DNA from: Sarea resinae
Lineage: Eukaryota
Assembly (NCBI GenBank): GCA_026026165.1
Contig: JAPEUD010000023.1
Coordinates: 62,001 to 126,000, forward strand
Reading direction: 5' to 3'
Length of the DNA stretch: 64,000 bases
Below are positions 37,452 to 48,799 of this stretch, piece after piece. Each line of letters begins with the position of its first letter. Position 1 is the stretch's first letter. A program made the translations under genes and the position numbers. The notes under the pieces were generated by a model that was not told the DNA's origin, did no database searches, and saw only the letters and a program-made list of their open reading frames with translations.

Positions 37452-39161
37452 ATGGCTCCCGAAGACGGTCCCCTCTCAGTCCGCACCGGACCAGGACCTC
37501 TACCATCAGAGCTCGAGCTCATCCTCCTCAACTATACCGCATCTCTCGAGGAAACCAAAGATTGCTTTTTGGGGCTGGCGAGCAAGGTCTTGGGTGGAGA
37601 AAGCATAGGCGCGGTGCCGGAACTCGGAGCATTTGATGTTTCGTTGATGGTCAAAAAGGCATTGGACAGCTGGGCTGGAGGGGAAGGAGGGGAACAAGGA
37701 GCTGTTGACTGTGGTGGGTTTCCTCCTTCATGATGGATACCGCACATATACATTCGGGCTCGTGTTCATCGTGCAGCATTGATTGACTGGTGCGCATACT
37801 CGATTGCGGCAGCAGCAGCAGCGCCGTCAATAGAAAGTCAGGTCTCGAGATACTTGAATGCGGAATATCTCCTCTACTTCCTCAACCAAGAGACGCCACT
37901 CTCCAAAAACCCTTTCCTGCTCCACTGGGTCGAGGCCGTGCTTGACTGGCGTAGAAGACATGACGAGCATGGCGGCCGTAACAGTCTCGAAACGCAATCG
38001 CCAGAAGGGTATCGGATAGAGTTCATCAAGTGTATACTCACCGAGGAAGTGGATGAGGTGAGCTATAAGTTTTCTCCTTTGCCCGACTGGCCTCGGTGCA
38101 AGGAAGAAAAGCATCTGATTTCTAGTCATTTCATCTAGTTCTCCGATCTCTGCCCCCGCGACGTAATACCACGCCTTGTCTCCCCGTCCCGTGGGCACGG
38201 GCATGAACAACCAAATATGTCTCATTTCATCACCATTCTGCAAGCAGAAGGGCTCTGGGACGGACCTTCTCTTGAGCCTGACTCACTAAATGATTTCAGC
38301 CTCGGAGACCCGTCCCCGGGTGTCGGAAAGACAAGCATGAACAAGGAGAAGGAAGAGAAAGAGCAGGGCAGGATAGCGGAAGAGATAGCAGACGCCCTCT
38401 CCCTGTACGCAGCAGGTGAAGACATCGACACATGCCACCTCCTATCCAACCTCACAAGCCTCCTCACTCCCATTTCCCCTTTCGCAACCCCAACGACATC
38501 TCTCAGCATGATTCTCCTCCCAACGCTCCAGACACACCTGCCCGACCTCCTCCAACGAGACCCGGCTTTCACAGTCTCCATCCTCAACACCCTCTTCTCC
38601 CTGAGCGACGACTCCTCCGATAAGCCCAACTCGCCCGTAGACTCACCGGCAACGGCAACGATGCTCTCCAAATCCGAGCTCATCGACCTCCTGCGCACGA
38701 CCCCGCTCCCCCTCTCCATCCCCGCCATGGACCTCCTGAACACAATCCTCAGCCAGCACCTCTCCTCGCTCGCTCCGACCCAGATCCAGACCCTGCTATC
38801 AGCATACATCCAGCGCTGTCTCCGATCACTCGAGACCGCCTCCACCTCCGCCTCCGCCCCCTCCCACCCATCATCATCATCATCACCATCAGCGTCATCG
38901 TCCCTAAACCCCTCCGCAAACCACGCCCGCAGCATCCACCACGCCAGCAACCCGCCGCCACCCGTCCCCCTCGACGCCCCAAGGACGGAAGAAGACCTCC
39001 TGCGCGCCCTGCACCTCCTGACGCTCTTCATCAGCTCCGCGATCCGCAAGTCGTTTGTGTCGTCGCCGCCCGTCGAGCTCGAGTACGAGATCCGCGAGCT
39101 GGGCGTCCGCTACTGCTGGGCTCCTTTTGTCAGGGCCTGGGCCGCTGAGATGGGCGTTTGA
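37452..39161 (+). CDS. CCR4-NOT subunit 11 (CNOT11/DUF2363)-like protein; probably 3 exons (last exon 38139-39161; first intron boundaries uncertain)
   Basis: C-terminus LPDLLQRDPAF..LPLSIPAMDLLN..AYIQRCLRSLE..RALHLLTLFISSAIRK..ELEYEIRELGVRY aligns by eye with the CNOT11 pattern LPDLVENNP..MSLHSMEVVN..YISNCISTCE..RLVRLVCVFLQSLIR..LFIEVQAFC; intron 38058-38138 keeps the frame. Confidence 0.68.
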
Positions 39162-39446
39162 CCCCGCGCGGGGGGGGGCTCGTCCGTTCCTCTTTTGCTT
39201 TTTTCTCTTCACTCACCAACTCACTCACTCACTCACTCACTCTATCTCTGTGTGTGTAGAGTGTTACCGCTCCGTTCCGATCTCTACTCAACCAACGACT
39301 CGAGTGGATTCGGTGAATAACGGAGGAGGGTCAGGAGATATTCCACCAACGTCTGGAGTCACTCACAAGCGGACATTGGATACAACAGTCCAGGCATTCT
39401 CCTCTCTTCTGGAAGGTGGATGGAAAAGAAAAACCAAACTTGAGTG

Positions 39447-39448
<2 letters not shown>

Positions 39449-39506
<58 letters not shown>
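39449..39506. repeat. (GA)29 microsatellite
   Basis: Perfect dinucleotide run. Confidence 0.95.
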
Positions 39507-39509
<3 letters not shown>

Positions 39510-39668
39510 GACGATGATTAAGATCTACAGAGAGGTAGACTACGGGCTATCTTGCGAACTTGGCGTGGCTACGATTTCATTCCACTTTCTATATAGATGG
39601 GCTCATTGCTTGATGGATTGCTTGCTCTATTGTTGGTATGACTGGCGGGGCTGCCTGGTTGGTCGGCA

Positions 39669-39698
39669 TAGGTAGGTAGGTAGGTAGGTAGGTAGGTA
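39669..39698. repeat. (TAGG)7 microsatellite; related TAGG/CCTA runs at about 15282, 23437-23467, 31033, 47990 and 54975
   Basis: Direct reading of tandem TAGG units. Confidence 0.9.
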
Positions 39699-40042
39699 AA
39701 CAGGTAGCTTCCCTACAGCGTGCGACCAATCGTAACGCGGGGAGAATGAAAACGTAAAAGAGAGCAAGGAAAAAGAAGAAGAAGGGCGCATAGAGGAGAA
39801 AAAGATAAGAGATGAGGATGAATTTGAAGATCAGAAAAGAGAGATATCTGTGTTATGTAGGACCGTTCTCTCTAACCCGGCTTGCACCTGCCCATCATCT
39901 ATCCACCAACCAGGCTGTCGGCCACAATCCCTTTGCAATTCGTAGCTACTGATGTAGTCAAATCACCCACCACCCACCCATCCATCCATCCATCCATCCA
40001 CGACCCGAAAATCTGAACATCTCCAAAACCCAGTCGCCACGT

Positions 40043-41260
40043 CTAATTACGATCCAAACGCCTTCGGAGATTGCGCGTCCGGCGCATGAGCTTCTTGTAC
40101 TTGTGCTTCTTCATCTTGAGCTTGCGCTGCCTCTTGACGGAGATGGCATGCATCGTGCCCGTCTGCGTCTCGCCACCGTCGTTGCGTTCGGTAAGACCGT
40201 CGGCCTCGCCGCGTCCGTCGCCCATGCTGCGCTCCTGGATCAAGCTCTGGCGGTAGTCCTCCCAGCGCTCTTGGCGCACGCGCATGCGGTCGAGGAAGCG
40301 CGAAGGCGTGGCGGGATTGGAGACGAAGGGGCTGGTGCGCGCCGTGTAGGTTTTGGCGCCATTGGGAAGGGTACTTTCGAGGATGGTGAGGACGGTGGAG
40401 TAGGATTTCTGGCTTTGCGATGGGGTTTGACCGCTGAGGGAGTTGGTGCTAGAGGTCTCGAGTGGGGTGGGAGCTGGAGGAGGAGCGAAAGGCTTGAAAC
40501 GCCCGGTGAGGAGGTGCGAGGGAAATTGTAGGGGGGAATTGTTGGACAGGGCCTCGAGGTCTTCGGCTTCCGCGTTGGATGGAGAAGCCTGCGTGACGGC
40601 CACGCGTAGAGAAGAGTCGTCGGCTTTCTGGGTGGCGGTGGCGGCGCCGGGCTGGGCCAAAGTCTCTAGACGCTCGACCGTTTGGGAGAGGGTGGAGATG
40701 ACTTCGGTGGGCTTGTTTGCCCTCGTGGAGGGCTCGAAGATGGTGGAGAAAGATGAATGCGTTGCCGTGCTGGGGACCGAGGCCGTGATGGAGATGGGCC
40801 GGTGCAAGGAAAAGAAGGCAGAGACTGCCACGTCTGAATCCTCAAGTTAGCTCAAAGAAACCGAAACGTCGAACAAAGAAAATGTCTTACCCGCAGGATG
40901 CAGGTGGGGCGTAGAAGGCACGCTGGGCAGGTTCAGAGAAGCCTCGTCCTTGGCCTTGGCCGCCTCGGCCGCATTTTCCTTGGTTCTTCGTCGGCTGGGG
41001 TGGCCACGAGAGCGTTTCTCACCCTCTGCTCTCCCATTCGCAGAAGCACTGGCGGGGGCCGCCGAGTCGGGGTTGATGTTCCTTGGGCCATCCGGGGGAC
41101 TGGATGGCTTGGACGAGGAGTAACGACGCTGATGCGAACGAGCGGAGAATTGTCGTGGCGCGGCGGCTATGGCAGAGGCCGACGTGCGAGAAGTGATGGT
41201 GGGAGAGACGGACAAGGACGGGGCTGTCCGAGCCGCTCGGGTCAGTGAAGACGAGAACAT
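40043..41260 (-). CDS. COX24: Mitochondrial small-subunit protein mS38 / Cox24 (DUF1713); exons 41260-40891, 40833-40043
   Basis: Arg/Ser-rich presequence MFSSSLTRAARTAPS..RRYSSSKPS; LPSVPST, FFSLHRPIS; C-terminal MHAISVKRQRKLKMKKHKYKKLMRRTRNLRR. Confidence 0.88.
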
Positions 41261-42312
41261 GCTGGCTCCAGAGAGGGGACCGCTGCTCCCAACAGACGGA
41301 GATGACGAGAAGGAGGAGGAAGAGGGGGAGGGTGAAGAGAGCAAGAGAGCGTTGTTGGTGATGCATATTCATGATCCACCTCATGAGGCGAAAGGTCAGG
41401 CGGGTCGATGACTAAGCACCCTCTTCGGCCCTAAATCATCGGAGATATCCGGCTGCATCGCATCCCGCCCATCCTGACCGTACGAGATGGCGGATCTTCA
41501 AAGACTTCAGAGAAGCTCTTCATAGACGACCGATGTAGACGAAGACAATTGGCTCTAGCAATTGCGTTTTGGCTCATATTGAATTATGTTCCATTAGGCA
41601 TTTTGTCTATCTTTCGCTGGAATCCGAGGCTAAATGCACCACCCCAACTAGCTGATCAATTACGTGCGAGATTCGGCCGATAAGAGCGCCAAACAATCCT
41701 CGCCCCCCTATGCCTACATGCATCCATCACAGTGAGACGCGGCGCTTGTCATCGCTTTCGAATCTGTGACTTCTGCTCTTAGGTCGTCGACGCCAGGCTC
41801 TGGCCCAAAACATGGGCGGCTGAGACTCGCGAGCGGCAATCAAGGACCAAAACCGGAAGTGAGAAAAGAACAATAGAACAATAGCTCGTAGATCTACATG
41901 GCTGGACAAGGAATAATATTCACATTTTCCTCCCTTCCTCCCATCCTTGCTTCCGTCCTTTCGTCTTTATGAAATTCGGTGGCGGATGCGATGAATCCGT
42001 TCATCCGCCCAACAGGCTGTAAAGGTGAGAGAACTATCGGATAACGACCAATGATAATGACCAGGATAAACGCCGGGATATCATGAGAGAAAGTAAAAAG
42101 TGGAAGGTATATTTTGAACAAATGAGCGCGCCGTGGGCGATTTCGACCAACATCCTAGCCAGTCGTCTTCAGATCTTTTTCAACATAGAAAAGGTCCCGC
42201 CCAAGATCGCCTTGAGCAGAAGAGATCGGTCGTGTGCGGGGCCCGTCTGTGTTCGGTCCGTGTGGTGTGCAAAGCAATTCCTGTCTCCTTCTAAATCGTA
42301 GCATCCGGCTGC

Positions 42313-43631
42313 TCAGAGGACCAAAGAACTCAAATTGCGTTGGACTATGATGTCCTGTACAGATGTCATGGTGATCTTCAGAAGATTGGTGTCGGTGGCG
42401 TTGGTGAAATGAACGTAGACCTCTTTATTCGGATTGCGATTGAGATTGCGGAACTTCTCGGCGAAATATTTCTTGGCGCCATCGAAGTTGGTGTCACCAT
42501 CATTATAATCGGGAAAGTATCGGCTAATCGGGCTGGTGGCAAGCTTGCCCTTGAAAAGATCGATCTTGTTTAGGAAGAGAATGGTGGCAGATTGCCTGAA
42601 CCATTGCGAGTTGACAATGGATTCAAACAGCATGAGAGCCTCATTCATTTGGTTCTGTGACGCGATTAGATATTGAGTGCCTCTGGCCATGAACGAGTCA
42701 ACTTACTCCGTCTTTGTCTTCGACCAAGCATTGATCGTAACCGCTGATAGCCACAAGGAAAAGTAGACAGGTGACGTTCTCGAAACAGTGAATCCACTTC
42801 TTCCGCTCGGAACGCTGGCCACCCACGTCAAACATGCGGTAGGTCAATGCCCCCAGCTCGAAGACGGTTTCCGTGATACCAGTTGTCCGGAGGCGGGATC
42901 GGAGAACATCCTGATCAGTAGGAATGTAATCCTTTACGAAAAGACGGTCGAGGTCAACGAAAAAGCTGTTGGCATAGAAGTCAGTGCGAGGTCGGGCATG
43001 TCAACTGGAAGAGCTTACTATTGCAGGTTGTCATGTAGGGCGTATTCGTTGCCCTTTTGGATGGCCTGCTTGATACCCTCATCATTCCAAAGTGCTCTGA
43101 AGGCAGCGAGATATTCCGTTGGCAACGGTTGGTCCGGATGCAGGTCTGGATCAGCAAGTACGAGTTCAGCAGAAGCCTGGGGCGATATATGTTAGCAGCG
43201 CTCTCAGCAGCACTTCTGCATCGAAGGTGGAGATACCGAATTGGCTGGGTTCTCGAAACTAAGATCGTAGTCCTCCATAGCTTCGAATATGACCTTGAAC
43301 GCATTGACAATATTGGAGAATATGATGGCCCGCCATTCCTTCCTCTCATTCTTAGAGAATCCTTCAGCATGCATCAGCCTCATTTGCTTCAGCACCGTTG
43401 ACTTGCCGCTCTCTCCGGCTCCTGTCGATCCAGACACATTAGCTTTGATTTTGAATGGCCTATTACTCAGGCAGGACACAGACCTAGGAGCAGCAGCTTG
43501 ACCTCCGATTTCAATTTCTTGCCATCATTGCGGATCAATTTATCAATTTCCTGAGACCTAGCCACTCCTGCCTGATCATCTGCTTCGTTCTTGGAGCCGA
43601 AACAGGCACTGAAGAGGGAAGAAAGGCCCAT
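42313..43631 (-). CDS. Heterotrimeric G protein alpha subunit, fungal group II (GNA-2/GanA/MagC-like); multi-exon
   Basis: [91 protein letters not shown]-terminus QRNLSSLVL. Confidence 0.93.
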
Positions 43632-46600
43632 CTCGATTTCCGGGTCCACAGTCTATGCCAAGTGTCTTGCCGTATTTATTCCGGTGGTCCAAGATTGAAG
43701 GTTAAAAAGCGAATGGTGTAATACCAGCCGGAAGCTGCGGTAGCGGTAGCAAACGAAAAAGGTATTGCGATAGATTTGGCCAGTCCGAGGTGAATTAGGA
43801 CAATGATTATGGTCTGGGCCCGGGAAGAATAGAAACGAGGAGCAGACGAATAAGCCCTCTGCAGTCGTCCAAAGATGCGATATGGTGCGATTGATGCGCC
43901 CACCCTTCCAAGCCGGTAGTCTCGCCGATTATTCTATCCTCCTCTCACCAGCACCGAGCAAAGACACACCAGAGTCGTCACCCTTTACTGCTACTGCCAG
44001 AGAATGAGTGCTCGAGAGAAGTAGTTGACCGAGATCCAATAAGCCGGACGACAAAAGGCATAAACCGGTGGTCAAAGCCTCGGGGCAGTATCGAGCAAGG
44101 TCGTAGCGAACGTGGTAGGGAATAATGTCATGGAAGGGAGGGAGAGGGAGCAAGAATCCGTCAGATGTTTGGAAGAACCAAGGGATGATGGTAGTCAGTC
44201 AGTAGTGACAGGGTCTTCGGGCGATCATTCGGGACCTTCCAGGCAAGAGAAAAGACACGAGTCACGAGTGGGCGGTGGCAACGGATCTCCGAAGGAAGGG
44301 AGAGGCAGACGGAAAGGGAGAAGAGGAAGAAGAGGAGGAAGAAGAAGAAGAAGAATCGAGTATAGTAAGGTCATCTACAAAGAGAAGTCTTAAGATTAAT
44401 ATTAGGGAGGATTATTGGATTCGCATCATTGCCAGACGAACTGGAGACGACGCAGGCAAACGGAATGAGAGGACACGGACACAGACAGTTTAGTCGTCGC
44501 CAGATGGCTGATAGCGCGGCCGCGACATGCAGCGCAGGACTTTGGTGCTCAGCGCTCCGCAGGCTCATTACTCTACGACGAGGTACTCCGAGTGCTACTG
44601 CAGGCGTCCGAACGAACGACAACATCGAGCAGGTTGACAGGATCTCGGACCCTCTTGCCGCGGCTCCAGCGTGGTCGTCTTACTGCCCTGTGTCTCCTTC
44701 AGTAGTAGTTCGTCGAGTAGTTCGGGGGCGGGCAGCATGGAGCGTACGGTCGAGTACTCTCGCACGGGGTACTCGGTACGGCCATCATGGTACTGGGCAT
44801 GTACTTCAGGCACAGCGAGTGTCGTGCTCCACCCGTGGGCACCGGCTGTACTCCGTCGTACTACATAGTTGTGCATGGCCAGACATCGATGCTGGAGAGA
44901 GTACCTCACTGCCCCGTACCCGCTACCACTCATTCAACGTGCAGACACAGTCAGTCCGGACGGTCCTGCCCCTCGGTCTCGAGTGCCCAATGCGCGGGTA
45001 CTGGACTCTACTATGAGTTACCTCCCTCTTCGTACGGGATGGGTCACGGATACGTACTACCTTACTGACTCGGCGCACTAAAGTAGCCCTGGAGAGCACT
45101 GAGCTGCCCCCTACCCCCCTACCCAGGGTAACCCCCTACCCAGGGTAAGGGACCTAGGGGCAGGAAGTCGTAATAAACTCCCCTAATTGGCTCCTCGCCT
45201 ACACGATCAGCGGCCCTCCCAGCCGTGAACGGCCATCCAGATCCGCTTTGGGAGGGGGTTTGGACGGTAGAGGCAAAAGAGTTTCGGTGGCTTGGCTGGA
45301 CTTCCCTGAAGGCTTGGGAGCCGGGATTCTAGAAAATCCCTACTGGAGCAATGCTGCATGAACGCTGGACGCAGCAGGACGAAGGTCGCAGACGTACTCG
45401 AGTAGAACCATCGATGTCAACAGACACGCCCACACACACACACCCTCCCTTTGGGCCGGCCCTGTGAAAGTTGTCACTTTTCCTCGACGTCTTCGACGTG
45501 AAACTAAAGCAGGTCACAGTATTGGCCTTGCTGCTCTCGGTCTTGATATGAATGAAATCGACCGCCGATGACATACATGCTAGTGGCAACGAAGCAAGCG
45601 TGAGAGATCGTTGATGGGAAAGCATGGAGATTAATAATCTCGGCACGAGGGCGCATGGATGGATGTCGAACGCTCCCCTCCTAGCAGGCACGCCAGGCAG
45701 ACCGAGCAACCTTAGTAGACCCGGCGACCACCCTATTCGTAGATTTCCGTTCGGAACCGAGAAAAAGGGACACACAGACTGAGGGGACGGGACGAGGAAA
45801 AGGAAACGAGGGAGCGGAATCCTCAGGCGAGGGTCATGGGAGCGGGGACTTGTAAGACCCAAGCCTGCTGGGCTAGCAGGAGGTAGGGATATCGTACTAC
45901 GTAGTAGTCTAGCTGGTATAGAAGACACGAGCAACACTCAGAGAGGGGGGGTAAGAGAAGAACGATTAAGCAAAAGCGCGCCTTCGAGGAACGAGAATAG
46001 CAATCGGATATCCTTCTTGCTTTCCATGGGGCAGGATGGTGCACCCATGGAACAGGGAGCCAAGTACTAGTACTGCCTACTGGGTCTCCGTAGGTCCAAC
46101 TGTCAAACACCGGAGACGGAGACGATTCAGGTGCAGATCCCCATCAGCCTAAAGTTTCGTCGTACAGGAAGCGCACGCGACGCCACGCTGCGACCGACTC
46201 TTCCTTTTCGTCTTCCATGCCTTGTCTCGATGAATGGATAGATGGACTTAGCCTTCGATCCCAATGACCATGATTCCCTTCACCTCTACAGAAAACCACA
46301 TCCCGCATCGATTTAGACATGAAGGGACGAAGGACTTGCGCAATTGCAAGCCCATCTATAAAGCCATCCACGTGAAAAGGGCCGGCCCGTCGACTCGACT
46401 CGAGTTGACCGAATCAGGGCGCGCCTAGGTTGAGGGCATGTCGCCCTGAAGATCGTCGCTGCACGTGGAGATGAATCCAATATGTACGAAGTACCTGGTG
46501 GAAGAGTCCAAGTTGAGAATCAGCGTCAAAACCACATCTACAGGTTGTCATTTCGTTGCCGCGGCCATGCAGCTGTCTTGGTCGATTCTAATTTAGCGTT

Positions 46601-47170
46601 CGCATTGATGAGAGTTGGGACCTGCATCACCATCATCATCATCATTCAACGACTGATTATTATCGTTGCTGAATATCGAGATTGATGCCAGCGTAAGTGT
46701 ACGGCGTGCATGTATATTATTACAGTGCTATGGATGCGGTTCAGATTGAGCCTCCCGTCTGCACTCCTGCGGCATAGCAGACATGACCGCGACCGAGATC
46801 ACAACAGTGCAAAGAGTCGAGTGAAGAAAACGATCAGCTTCCGGCCTCAAATCATCAGTGAATATCACCACCACCACCACCACCTCCTACTACTCTTCCC
46901 TTCCACCCCTATCCCTCTACATCATCACCTCCACTCCACCACCCCCAAAGCTCAAAGCCGCTTCATCTCCATGCCTTCCCTGCCAACAAACGAGCCGGCG
47001 AACCAACCCAGCATCTGAAACGCCCTTCCCAGGGCAGGGCAATCGCCGCGGCGGTATGTCCAGGGGAGGGCCCAGTCTGCCTCAGGTAGTCTGAGTCCGT
47101 GCGGCCCACAAGCGCAAAAAAGCCCGGGTCCCTAACTCCGTCCGTGTCTTCAGCATCAATCAGCCGGGAG

Positions 47171-47224
47171 CAGCAGCAGCAGCAGCGGCGGCAGCCGCAG
47201 CGGCAGCAGCCGCAGCGGCAGCAG
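47171..47224. repeat. Imperfect (CAG/CGG) trinucleotide repeat in long intergenic region
   Basis: cagcagcagcagcagcggcggcagccgcagcggcagcagccgcagcggcagcag. Confidence 0.8.
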
Positions 47225-48799
47225 AAACCGACTTCACACACACACACAGCAGCACGCGGACCTCAAACCAAGGTCACAGGGAATTTTTCTTCTTCTCCTG
47301 CTCGAGGAAATTTCGGTACGCAGCAAGCGCATGCAGAGAGGTGGGGCCCGCGCTCTCGTATGATCACATTGGATGAATCGATGATCCAGGGGTTTAAGTA
47401 GCTAACTACGTAGCTAAGTAAGAGAGGTACCTCATTAGCAGCAGAGAACCGCTCCGGCTTCCCTCTCTCCACGCGAGCTCCCTCGCCTCGCTTCGATGCA
47501 TCCATTGCTTCTTACCGGCGGCACTCGTGGTATCCGGCACGGACGACGGGGGGGGGCGTGGTTGTCATGCTATGGATCGACATAGTAAATAGGTAGGTAC
47601 CTACTTCAATGCATACTCTACTCCGTAGGTATCCAAGGTAAGCTTGTATCAAAAAGCAAAGATCCATTTGGGAGGAGCTCCGTCCGGTCCTCGCCCCAGC
47701 AAGGCAAGGCAAAGCAAAGCACCTCAAAGCAGCAAAGCAGCAAAGCAAGCAAGCAAGCAGACGCCCAGCGCCCCTCCCCCCTTCTCGTCCACTCGGTTCA
47801 CTGCCGTCTTCTCCACTTCCCACTGCCGGTGACAGCTACATTAGTGCAGACATGTACATACTCTACTCGAGCACTCGAGCTCGCAGCTCGCAGCTCGCAC
47901 CGCCGCCGTTTATCTCCCAGGGCTGCTTGCGCTCCGTTATTTTACTCTACTCCAGAGTAATCTGTTTTCCCACGTTGCCTGCCTGCCTGCCTACCTACCT
48001 TCCTACCTACCCATCTACAGGGAAACCGTCCCTCACGAGATAATTCAGCCTAATTTACTCTCTCTCTATATATATAGATATAGAAGTGCGTTCTTGCAAT
48101 CTCCCTCCCTCCCTCCCTCCCCTCCCCTCCGCTCCCCATCCCTCCCTTGCTGTAGTACGTATCTTTCTAGCTAGCTAGCTAGCTAGCACCTGGTGCGTGC
48201 GTGCATTTGTTGACATCCATGGATGGGCTTAGATTAGGGGTTGGATCAACAGCTACATAGTACAGAGTAGTAGGGCGCATGCGGCGTGCTGGACGAAAGA
48301 AACCAGCGGGTGAGTTACCATACAACGGCATTATCATCATTTTTTTTTTACCGTCGACTTCCTGGATCCCACGTCTTTTTTTCGATCAGCGAAAAAGACG
48401 ACGAAAGGGCCAAATCTCGAAAGGCCAAGGCCAAGGCCAAACCTCCACCACGATCCATTCACGCAGAAATTCATTGTCATGGCTTGAACACCAGAATGGC
48501 AACAGTGGCAAACTTTTGAGATCCTCTTCCATTCTTTGTCTATATAAATGATAAGAGAACGAAAAAAAACAAGATAGGGGCATAAGAAGACAAAACATCC
48601 GTGTCACTTCATCTCGACATGTCTTTCGGCAAGTCTATGCCGTTCATTCATTCCATTTGGCCCCTTCCCGTGGGCAAGTTTTTGGATAGCGTCTACTTTG
48701 ACGCGCCATCGTCCAGTTTCTCTGACGCTACAAGTCTATGCGGCGTTCACGCCTCGCCACGCCTACTTCAGCAACTATCAAATCCTGATTTGAGTACAT

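Noticed and set aside
38222..39049. Long antisense ORFs here and over BUD32, TKL1, RPL22 and the F-box gene
   Set aside because: Shadows of GC-rich, codon-biased sense genes.
47099..47401. 100-aa poly-Q ORF
   Set aside because: Non-ATG start; explained by the CAG microsatellite.
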